Below, in pieces: positions 1-7,934 of a stretch of 14,904 bases of DNA. The stretch comes from Octopus sinensis (taxonomy: Eukaryota), in contig NW_021825679.1 in the NCBI RefSeq assembly GCF_006345805.1, positions 1-14,904 on the forward strand, given 5' to 3'. A program made the translations under genes and the position numbers. Each line of letters opens with the position of its first letter. The first letter of the stretch is position 1. The notes below the pieces were generated by a model. That model was not told where the DNA came from, did not search any database, and saw nothing but the letters and a program-made list of their open reading frames with translations.

Positions 1-75
1 TGTGGCCATGCTGGGGCAACCGCCTTGAATCTTTAATCGAATGATTGACCTCAGGACTATTTTTTAAGCCTAGTA
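1..75 (-). mobile_element. SINE 3' fragment (tail type C), cut by the window start
   Basis: Reverse complement reads aaaaaatagtcctgaggtcaatcattcgattaaagattcaaggcggttgccccagcatggccaca. This is similar to the plus-strand SINE tail at about 12440-12500 (aaaatactggggttgattcattt...ttcaaggcaatgccccggcatggtcac). Confidence 0.55.
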
Positions 76-149
76 TATGGTGTAGTGGTTAATAGCATGG
101 GCTACTAACCCCAAGATTCTGAGTTCAATTCCAGGCAGTGACCTGAATA

Positions 150-196
<47 letters not shown>

Positions 197-385
197 CAAC
201 ATCGAAAAATATCTTAGGAATGAGAACTCAGGTTTGAAATTTCGCCCAGACACCTGATGAAAGCTGCAGGGTATTTCAGCTGAAATGATGTGTTAACAAC
301 AAACAAGATGAGGACAAATATCTGTCAAAAATGAATAATGTAAACAATGTACATAATTCCTCACCTCTTAAATATAGAACTGTAT
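76..385 (+). mobile_element. tRNA-headed SINE-like element with internal (AAT)n tract and hammerhead-containing 3' part
   Basis: A-box-like TGGTGTAGTGG at 78-88, anticodon-arm-like GGG-CTACTAA-CCC near 99-111, and B-box GAGTTCAATTCC at 121-132. An (AAT)n tract follows at about 146-195, then the hammerhead core at 254-285. The 3' boundary is approximate and no TSD was seen. Confidence 0.65.
249..294 (+). ncRNA. Minimal type I hammerhead ribozyme fold, degenerate copy
   Basis: Stem I is GACAC (249-253) with GTGTT (290-294). Core CTGATGA at 254-260, extra A261, perfect 5-bp stem II AGCTG (262-266) with CAGCT (277-281), and GAAA at 282-285. The stem III/cleavage segment reads TGAT (286-289) instead of CGTH, so this copy is probably inactive. 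Confidence 0.6.
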
Positions 386-461
386 TATTGACAGATATGA
401 TCTTTAAGTGGAACAATAAACATATTGAAGACTTTCTGAAATTTCAGCATGTAGCACTTAC

Positions 462-529
462 TGTTGTTTTCAGAATTCCAACAATGGAACTTTCTTTGTT
501 ATTTACCAGAATTCTATCTTTGAGGAATT
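462..529 (-). CDS. Candidate 68-nt internal exon of an unidentified host gene, (E)FLKDRILVNNKESSIVGILKTT
   Basis: On the minus strand: branch-point-like TCTAAC, then catttttatttatcAG acceptor (AG at 531-530), and a consensus donor ACA|GTAAGT (461-456). Only one of three frames is open across the exon. The peptide is not recognised. Confidence 0.35.
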
Positions 530-607
530 CTGATAAATAAAAATGGTTAGACAATGCATATATCTATCTGTGTAGCTGCACATCCATATATGTGCACACA
601 TATTTAC

Positions 608-666
608 AATCTCCTGGAACTGCCTCAGTTTACACGAAGAAGCTGTCTCAGTTTCTTGGTGACAAA
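608..666 (-). CDS. Weak candidate 59-nt exon, CHQETETASSCKLRQFQEI
   Basis: Acceptor ttcttgttttgcaaaattccAG (668-667) and donor ATT|GTAAAT (607-602), with one open frame. Its phase does not match the long open frame of the 462-529 candidate. Confidence 0.18.
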
Positions 667-714
667 CTGGAATTTTGCAAAACAAGAATTTATATAAATC
701 TTAGAAGACACCAT

Positions 715-1207
715 ATATACATACATCTGGAAAACATATATATATATATATACTTACAAATACACACACACATCCATATATGAATACACCCATACAAGCT
801 CACACACATATATACTTCCATATTACATTCTTAAATACATGTTACATACTTACATCCATACAGACATATATACAGACATACACCACATATACACACACAT
901 ATGGAAGCATATATACACACATACATGAATATACATACATATACAAACCTAGATGCACACATATACATATATACACATATATAAACGTATTCATACATAC
1001 GCATATGTAATTATGCTTTTAGATAATAGCCAAACGATAATTTACTGTCTGGAAAACAGGAAAACAACACAAAATTTACTAAAATTTAGATTTTTTTGGT
1101 ACACCCCCACCACCTCCACCACCACTCATTCTCTTAAACTTTTACAGACATAAACACTAATACAGACACACACACGTACACGTCTAGTATTCCACATATC
1201 CACACAT

Positions 1208-1247
<40 letters not shown>

Positions 1248-1270
1248 TACACTGATATACACACATATGC
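715..1270. repeat. Degenerate (TA)n/(CA)n/(TACA)n microsatellite region
   Basis: Visible dinucleotide runs at about 715-1005 and 1150-1270, with a short unique spacer between them. Confidence 0.8.
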
Positions 1271-1290
1271 AAGACTGAAAAAAATACAAA

Positions 1291-1862
1291 GTTGGCACTC
1301 CGTCAGATACAATGACAAGGATTCTGGTTGATCCGATCAACAGAATGGCGTACTCGTGAAATTAATGTACAAATGGCTGAGTACTCCATAGACATGCATA
1401 ACCATAATGTAGTTCTCAGGGAGATTCAGAGTGACATAGAATGTGACAAGGTTGGCTCTTTTGAATTACTGGTACTGTTCATTTTAAGGTGGCGAGCTGG
1501 CAGAATCGTTAGCATGCTGGGCGAAATGCTTAGCGGTATTTTTTCTGTCGTTACGTTCTGAGTTCAAATTCCGCCGAGGTCGACTTTGCTTTTCATCCTT
1601 TCGGGGTCGGTAAATTAAGTACCAGTTACGCACTGGGGTCGATGTAATCGACTTAATACCTATGTCTGTCCTTGTTTGTCCCCTCTGTGTTTAGCCCCTT
1701 GTAGGTAATAAAGAAATAGGTACTGTTCATTTTTGCCAGCTGAGTGGACCGGAGCAACAGGAAATAAAATGCCTTGCTCATGGACACAATGTGCTGCCTA
1801 GAATTGAACTCATGGTCTTACAATCACGAGCCAAATATGCTAACCACTAAGTCACACACAGC
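1291..1862 (-). mobile_element. tRNA-derived SINE (host element), interrupted by a younger SINE at 1486-1718
   Basis: Minus-strand A-box TGACTTAGTGG (1854-1844) and B-box GAGTTCAATTC (1811-1801). A CORE-like tgtgtccatgagcaaggcattt follows. The body resumes across the duplicated 15-mer and ends near 1291. Confidence 0.7.
1486..1718 (+). mobile_element. tRNA-derived SINE, full length, tail type A (Tx1-like 3' end), with 15-bp TSD
   Basis: Head ggcgagctggcagaatcgttagc and B-box GAGTTCAAATTCC at 1560-1572. It ends in tttagccccttgtaggtaataaagaaata. It is flanked by the perfect direct repeat GGTACTGTTCATTTT at 1471-1485 and 1719-1733. Confidence 0.85.
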
Positions 1863-1929
1863 TATACAAGTAAATTAAAATTGGTCAATTTCAACGTCGA
1901 GGATTCAGTTATTTGGTCAACCTTGTTAC

Positions 1930-2015
1930 CTGCTCATTGAATTTGTAGGTAGCTAAATACTCCATGGACATGTTTACTCACACACATAATTCCACTGAGA
2001 TTCAGTATGACTCTA
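1930..2015 (-). mobile_element. Old diverged fragment of the 1291-1470 SINE body
   Basis: gtagctaaatactccatggacatg...gagattcagtatgac resembles atggctgagtactccatagacatg...gagattcagagtgac at 1373-1435. Confidence 0.4.
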
Positions 2016-2227
2016 TGATGGCACTTGGTATGATGCAGGTGGACCAGTTGATTTACTGCTACAATCCATCTGACTGGAGTGCCATCTTACAGTAGGGGCA
2101 CACTAGGAGAGTTGACCCCGGAACCAGTCTATGTATTTAAGGGAGCCAGAGCATTGCTTTGGTAGTGGTTCTGTGATGCTTTTAAGATGGGACTGCTGAA
2201 GGGCTTCCACACAGTTTCCAGCTACAT

Positions 2228-2345
2228 GGGCTTAGATTGATCTGAGGCTATGATAAATAACATTTGTGTAAGATGCCTCGCTGTGGGAGTGAACCTGGGA
2301 CCTAGGAATTGTGAAGTGAATTTCTTAACCATTCAACCATGCTGT
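2228..2345 (-). mobile_element. Diverged tRNA/CORE-like SINE head, same family as 4193 and 8349
   Basis: Reverse complement shows tggttgaatggttaag (A-box-like), caggttcactccc (B-box-like), and then atagcctcagatcaatctaagccc, similar to atagcctcgggctgaccaaaac at 4289-4310. Confidence 0.5.
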
Positions 2346-2364
2346 ACCAAGTCAACATATCTAG

Positions 2365-3215
2365 ACACACATGCACACACACACAGATCCACACTCCTAT
2401 ACAAACATATTCACACACACATAAACATATAGAGACATTGTAAACTACACACACACATATATATATATATATACTTGTATATACATACACATTTAGCCAT
2501 AGACATACACACATACACACACCACACACACCCTACTCTATAAAAAGACATTTGCGTAGAGTCATAAATAAATCAGTAGCAAAAAATATAAAAAAAGAAA
2601 CAAGTAAATTGATTGAAATTCTCCTCTAATTATAGATATGAAAGACGAGAGAGAACGGAAAAGGAGAGAGTGGAGAGTAAGAGAGAGAGGGGGAATAAGA
2701 GGGAGAGGGGGAGTAAGAGAGAGAGAGAGGGGGAGTAACATACTCTTAAATATATAAAGATATATATATATATATGTATGTATATACAAATATATATATA
2801 TATATGTGTTTGTATATGTATGTATATAAATACACACACACAGGTATATAGAGAAGATAGAGGAGAGAAAGAGAGGGGAGTAAGTGAGAGAAGAGGGGGA
2901 GAGAGAGGGGAGTAAGTGAGGGAAAAGGGGGAGAGGGGAGTAAAAGAGAGAGAGAGAAAGAAAATGGGTGTGAGAGAGATAATCATAAATAGTAATAATG
3001 ATGGTTGTGGTGGTGGTGGTGGTGGTGGTGGTGGTGGTGAGGATGATGGTGGTGACTTCGACAGTAGTGACGGTAGTGACTGCGATGATGATACTGGTGG
3101 TGATAGTGGTGGTGGTGGTGGTGGTGGCAATGATTTTGATGATGACGATAGTGGTGGCATTGGTGGCGAAGAATTGTGAGGGTTGAGGTGATGGTGGTGG
3201 TGGTGGTGGTGGTAG
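2365..3215. repeat. Mosaic simple repeats: (CA)/(TA), GAGAGGGGAGTAA minisatellite-like units, (GGT)n/(GAT)n
   Basis: gagaggggagtaa-type units recur at about 2675-2740 and 2870-2945. (GGT)n tracts lie at 3005-3040, 3105-3127 and 3190-3213. Confidence 0.8.
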
Positions 3216-3312
3216 AAGAGATCAGCAGGAGACAATGAGAATTAACACTGTGGTGTATCATGTGTTTGACTTGTTACATTTTTTGAGTGAAAAAAAATCA
3301 AAAGTGGACAGA

Positions 3313-3346
<34 letters not shown>

Positions 3347-3391
3347 CATCATCATTATCATTGTTGTCGTCGTCGTCAGCATCATCATCAA

Positions 3392-3424
<33 letters not shown>

Positions 3425-3427
3425 TGC

Positions 3428-3459
<32 letters not shown>

Positions 3460-3502
3460 ACATCATCATCATCATCATCATTGCCATCATCATCATCATT
3501 GC

Positions 3503-3536
<34 letters not shown>

Positions 3537-3624
3537 TCATCATCATCATCATTTGCCATCATCATCATCATTGCCATCATCACATCATCATCATAATCAT
3601 CATCATCATCATCGTTGTCATTGC

Positions 3625-3655
<31 letters not shown>

Positions 3656-3703
3656 GTTGTCATTGACATCATAAGCATTTAACATCAGCATCATCATCAT
3701 CAT

Positions 3704-3744
<41 letters not shown>

Positions 3745-3808
3745 GCCATCATTAATCATCATATTCATCATCATCGTTGTCATTGACATCATAAGCATTT
3801 AACATCAG

Positions 3809-3842
<34 letters not shown>

Positions 3843-3883
3843 GTTGTCATTGCCATCATCATCATCATCATCATCATCATTGC

Positions 3884-3926
<43 letters not shown>

Positions 3927-3962
3927 GTTGTCATTGACATCATAAGCATTTAACATCAGCAT

Positions 3963-3993
<31 letters not shown>

Positions 3994-3995
3994 AG
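3313..3995. repeat. (GT)n followed by a 650-bp interrupted (CAT)n array with higher-order units
   Basis: Directly visible. A 39-nt interruption is repeated identically at 3654, 3774 and 3925. Confidence 0.95.
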
Positions 3996-4090
3996 CATTT
4001 AACGTATGCTTTCCATGCTGGCATGGGTTAGATGGTTCGACCGGAACTAGCAAGCCAGAGGGCTGCACCAGGTTCCAGTCTGATTTGGCA
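3995..4090 (-). mobile_element. 3' tail fragment of the (GAT)n-tailed SINE/LINE family (RTE-like tail)
   Basis: Reverse complement tgccaaatcagactggaacctggtgcagcc...tctaacccatgccagcatggaaagcatacgttaaatg matches 4599-4692. Confidence 0.75.
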
Positions 4091-4180
4091 TGGAACCAGG
4101 TGCAGCTCTCCAGCTTACCAGTTTCAGTCACACTGTCTAACCCATGCCAGCATGGAAAATTGATGCTAAACGATGATGAT
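4091..4180 (+). mobile_element. Second 3' tail fragment of the same family, opposite orientation, ending in (GAT)n
   Basis: tggaaccaggtgcagc...tctaacccatgccagcatggaaaattgatgctaaacgatgatgat matches the 3' end at 4612-4712. Confidence 0.75.
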
Positions 4181-4192
4181 GGTAATATATAG

Positions 4193-4712
4193 GTGCAGGC
4201 GTGGCTGTGTGGTAAGAAGCTAGCTTCCTAACCGCATGGTTCCGGGTTCAGTCCCACTGCATGACACCTTGGGCAAGCATCTTCTACTATAGCCTCGGGC
4301 TGACCAAAACTTTGTGAATGGATTTGGTAGATGGGAACTGAAAGAAGACCGTCAAACTTCACAGTTTCCGTTATGTAATGCCCTGACTGGCCTCGTGCCG
4401 GTGGCACGTAAAAAGCACCATCCGATCGTGGTCATTGCCAGCCTTGCCTGGCCCCCGTGCCGGTGGCACGTAAAAAGCACCATCCGATCGTGGCCATTTG
4501 CCAGCCTCGTCTGGCACCTGTGCCGGTAGCACGTAAAAAGCACCCACTACACTCACGGAGTGGTTGGCGTTAGGAAGGGCATCCAGCTGTAGAAACATTG
4601 CCAGATCAGACTGGGCCTGGTGCAGCCTTCTGGCTTCCCAGACCCCAGTTGAGCCGTCCAACCCATGCTAGCATGGAAAGCGGATGCTAAACGATGATGA
4701 TGATGATGATGA
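4193..4712 (+). mobile_element. Composite SINE: tRNA head, CORE-like domain, triplicated hairpin module, RTE-like 3' part and (GAT)n tail
   Basis: A-box TGGCTGTGTGG at 4202-4212, B-box GGGTTCAGTCCC at 4244-4255, CORE-like accttgggcaag at about 4267. ggttggcgttaggaagggcatccagc at about 4562-4587 and ccaacccatgctagcatggaaag...(GAT)n at the end. The RTE origin is assigned from recalled motif similarity only. Confidence 0.75.
4387..4545 (+). repeat. Tandem repeat of about 62 bp, 2.5 copies, inside the SINE
   Basis: The 25-mer GTGCCGGTGGCACGTAAAAAGCACC occurs at 4395, 4457 and 4520 (one mismatch in the third). The intervening sequences are also similar to each other. Confidence 0.9.
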
Positions 4713-5039
4713 TAACGTAGGTCATTTCACTTTCTAATAAGTGAGAATTTGTCAGAAGGCCTCCAGGAAATAAACAAACAATTCAAATAAACGATATAAA
4801 AAAACGAAAAAAAAAAGAGAAAAACAACAAACATGAAGATGTGCAAAAGAAGTATATTAGCTTGAGAGAGTTTAATGCTTTGAGCATAGCTCTTCATCGG
4901 AAAGGAGAAAGAGAAATGTCCAAAGAAGGAGGAGAAGAAGAAATTGCCAAATGACCAAGTGTAATTACCTGTGTGTGTACTTCTGAATGGACAGGCTTGC
5001 ATTGGCATAAGTCTCCTGGTGTAGTCCATGGTTGTGATT

Positions 5040-5230
5040 ATGGTTCAGTGCATTGTAATGCAATATAGTATTTCTAGTAACGTATGGAGTAGCATGTGCT
5101 ACTCCATTTTACTCTATTTTACTGTTACAGTATGACACCATACAGTATTGTATAGAATAGCACTGCCATGGTATGGTAATGGAATGGCATGCCATCGTAT
5201 GGTGCAATGAAGTGTTGAATGGTATGGAAG
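5040..5230. repeat. Degenerate pentamer-like (ATGGT/ATACT) repeat with several short palindromes
   Basis: Recurring atggt/atgga/atggc/agtat 5-mers. Palindromes at 5049-5062, 5084-5107 and 5184-5195. Confidence 0.45.
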
Positions 5231-5737
5231 AATATAGATTTTCTTATCTAGTTAGAGATGGCAAGTGTGAGCAATAGATTATCATTTGGTGTGGTGTGTG
5301 TGCATGTGTGTCCATCTGTGTGTGTGTGTGTGTGCAGTAATTGTTGTATGGAGGAAGTTTGCATGTGTGTGCGTGTGGAATGGAATTTTCTAGAATTAAA
5401 TGTAAAATGTCGATTATAATTATTTACAAATTCCAATGTTAAAAGCATTTTCATTTCGTTTTGTCATTTTTTTTTTTGGCTTTTGCTTTCTATTGTATTT
5501 GTTTCTCAGAGAAACCCCTGTTTTCCTTTTTTCTTTCCTTCTCTCCTTCACCCCGCCCCCACCTCACTATGCCCTGCTTCTATTTTCTATCATTGAAATT
5601 ATCGTCACGGTAACAACCACAACATCAACAATGGAGCTATGTTGGTGGAAATGGTAAAGTCTTTTATTTGCCGCAATGGTACTGAAAAAGGGGGAATTGC
5701 AGTATAAGACAAAATTGATGCAAATATAGGATGATGA

Positions 5738-5817
5738 CGAAGATGAGGATGATGATGATGATGCTGATGACAATGATCATGACGACAATGATGACAGTGA
5801 TACCAATAATAATAATG

Positions 5818-5850
<33 letters not shown>

Positions 5851-5875
5851 TAATAATAATAATAATAGTAATAAT
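5738..5875. repeat. (GAT)n grading into (AAT)n
   Basis: Directly visible. Confidence 0.9.
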
Positions 5876-6181
5876 TGTTTGTTCCTTCTCAAGCCATCCC
5901 TGGCTCATAAGGGCTGGTTTCCCAGTTTCCTTGGCGTATAGGTTCCCCACCTGGACGGGATGCCAGTCTGTCGCAGGTGAGCTGCAAGATGCAGGAGGAA
6001 AGAGTGAGAGAAAGTTGTGGCGAAAGAGTCAGCAGAAGTTCGCTATTAACTCCTGCCTGAGCCGCGTGGAGCTTAGGTGTTTCGCTCATAAACACACACA
6101 TCATCATCCGGTCTGAGATTCGAACCCGCGATCCCTTGACCGCGAGTCTGCTGCTCTAACTGCTAGGCCATGTGCCTCCAC
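5876..6181 (-). mobile_element. tRNA-derived SINE, full length, with V/Meta-like central motif
   Basis: Minus-strand A-box TGGCCTAGCAG (6170-6160) and B-box GGTTCGAATCTC (6126-6115). The body contains gactggcatcccgtccagg and gaaaccagcccttatgagcc, motifs recalled from V/Meta-type SINE domains. An (ATT)n tract lies downstream. Confidence 0.75.
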
Positions 6182-6202
6182 AATAATAATAATAATAACA
6201 AC

Positions 6203-6235
<33 letters not shown>

Positions 6236-6447
6236 CCTTTCTGCTGTAGGTACAAGGCCAGACATTTTGGGGATGGGACTAGTCAATAGCATTGACCCCA
6301 GTGCATGACTGGTACTTGTTTTATCAACCCCAAAAGATGAAAAGGAAAGTCGACCTCAGTAACATTTGAATTCAGAATCTGGAGAGACAGACAAAAATGC
6401 CACTAAGCATTTCACCCAGCATGCAAGCGATTCTGGAGCTTGCCACC
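6236..6447 (-). mobile_element. tRNA-derived SINE (same head as 1486), tail type B, followed by (ATT)n
   Basis: Reverse complement of tgccacc...gcatttcacccagcatgc matches the 1486 head. The 3' end is ggccttgtacctacagcagaaagg followed by (ATT)n. Confidence 0.75.
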
Positions 6448-6660
6448 ATGATGATGGTGATGATGATGATGGTGATGATGATGATAGTGATGTTGATGAT
6501 GATGATTATGAAGTTGATAATGACAACACTCACAGTAAATGTTCAACTTGTTGTTTTTGAGGTCCCTGGGCAATATTTCGAACAGCTCATATAAGATAAA
6601 TAAATAAATAATAATGATAATAATAATAATAAATAATAATAATAATAATAATAACAATAA

Positions 6661-6765
6661 TGGTTTCAAACTTTAGCACAAGGTCAGCAAGTTCGCGGGG
6701 AGGGGTGAATTGTTTACATCGACCCCAGGGTTCAACTGGTATTTATTTTATCAATCCCCAAAGAA
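6661..6765 (-). mobile_element. 5'-truncated SINE of the tail-B family
   Basis: Reverse complement gataaaataaataccagttgaaccctggggtcgatgtaaac...ccttgtgctaaagtttgaaacc followed by (ATT)n. Confidence 0.6.
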
Positions 6766-6980
6766 TCTCTTCTACTCTAGGCACAAGGCCTGAAATTTTG
6801 GGGGATGGGTCAGCTGATTAGATCGACTCCAGTATGCAACTGGTTCTTAGTTTATCCACCCCAAAAGGATGAAAGGTAAAGTTGACCTCAGCGGAATTTG
6901 AACTGAGAACATAAAGACAGATGAAATACTGCTAAGCATTTCGCCTGGCATGCTAACAATTCTGCCAGCTCACCACCTTA
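6766..6980 (-). mobile_element. tRNA-derived SINE, full length, tail type B
   Basis: Head aaggtggtgagctggcagaattgttagcatgcc, B-box agttcaaattccg at about 6904-6892, and tail caaaatttcaggccttgtgcctagagtagaagag. Confidence 0.8.
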
Positions 6981-7030
6981 ATAATAATAATAATGATAAT
7001 AATAATAATGATGATGATGATGATGATGAT

Positions 7031-7555
7031 ACAACAAAAATAAAGATGTTATAGGTACACCCCAGAAAAGGTCTTGAAAATGACAAAGCAACCGTACTCT
7101 GGGATCTGCCAATACACACAGATAGAGAAATCAAGGCTAATAGGCCAGATATAGTTGTCAGAGATCACCAAGAAAAATAATTCCTTCTGATCAATGTATC
7201 AATATCAACAGATGACTATGCATCTGTAAAAGACATGAAGAAACTCTCAAAAATACAAAGATCTGGAAATAGAAGTAACTCAAATGCGGAGCTGATAATG
7301 AAAACAATAATAGGTGCATTAGGTATGATTAAAAAAACATAGAGATAAATATATAACCAAAACACCAGGACTTATGAATGTATGTAACATACAGAAAAAT
7401 AGCACTACTAAGCACTGCACACATATTATGTAAAGCATTTTCAATACAGTGAAAATAAGAACACCACAGCAAACCGCAGCACACACCCAAGGCACACAGA
7501 ACTGCACTCGGTGGTGCAGTGAGAGTACATGATAAAAATAAGACTACTGAAAAAT
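7031..7555 (+). mobile_element. 5'-truncated R4/Dong-clade non-LTR retrotransposon (RLE domain plus 3' UTR) inside a (TAA)n/(TGA)n array
   Basis: ORF remnant described in the next entry, 3' UTR at 7453-7552, with trinucleotide arrays on both sides (6980-7030 and 7552-7888). Confidence 0.85.
7043..7452 (+). pseudogene. Restriction-like endonuclease (PD-(D/E)xK) C-terminus of an R4/Dong ORF, frameshifted
   Basis: Manual translation across frameshifts: YRYTPEKV/ENDKATVLWDLPIHTDREIKANRPDIVVRDHQEK*FLLINVSISTDDYASVKDMKKLSK/YKDLEIEV...IIGALGMIKK/DKYITKTPGLMNVCNIQK/IALLSTAHILCKAFSIQ*. The RPD motif is at 7142-7150. The second catalytic D reads as N at 7193-7195. Confidence 0.85.
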
Positions 7556-7646
7556 AATAATAATAATAATAAAATTAATAATAATGATAATAATGATGAT
7601 GATGATGATGATGACGACGACGAAGACGACGATGATGATGATGATG

Positions 7647-7692
<46 letters not shown>

Positions 7693-7715
7693 TGAAAATA
7701 ATGATGATGATGATG

Positions 7716-7752
<37 letters not shown>

Positions 7753-7763
7753 TAATAATAATA

Positions 7764-7795
<32 letters not shown>

Positions 7796-7888
7796 GTTAA
7801 TGATACCAATAATGATAACAATAGCATCAGTAATAATAATAATAATAATAATAGTAATAGTAATAATAATGATAATAATAATAATAAT
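7552..7888. repeat. (AAT)n/(GAT)n/(GAC)n array with an internal switch to (TAT)n at about 7763-7795
   Basis: Directly visible. Confidence 0.95.
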
Positions 7889-7934
7889 GGTGTGTGAGGT
7901 TTGAGGTAGGGAGAGTATTGCATTAATTTCCTTT

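Noticed and set aside
2630-4000. Long ORFs (201, 153, 143 and 131 aa) encoding poly-P/S/H/G/M/D
   Set aside because: They are translations of (GGT)n and (CAT)n, open in several frames and on both strands at once, with no splice or domain support.
4395-4544. CRISPR-like array (25-bp hairpin repeat, about 37-bp spacers)
   Set aside because: The spacers are similar to each other, the array sits inside a eukaryotic SINE, and there are no cas genes.
4540-4610. HDV-like ribozyme in the RTE-like segment of the SINE
   Set aside because: RTE 5' UTRs can carry such ribozymes, but I could not build the nested double pseudoknot from this sequence. It would need a descriptor search such as RNArobo.
4960-5075. 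Minus-strand donor CAG|GTAATT near 4970 with a possible upstream exon
   Set aside because: The acceptor is weak, lies in a decayed pentamer repeat, and none of the peptides is recognisable.
5763-5800. Second CTGATGA heptamer
   Set aside because: It arises inside the (GAT)n tract, with no stem II or GAAA partner.
76-6181. Functional tRNA genes at the A/B-box sites (78, 1850, 4202, 6170 and others)
   Set aside because: No convincing acceptor stem or oligo-T terminator was seen, and each continues into a repeated body, so they are SINE heads.
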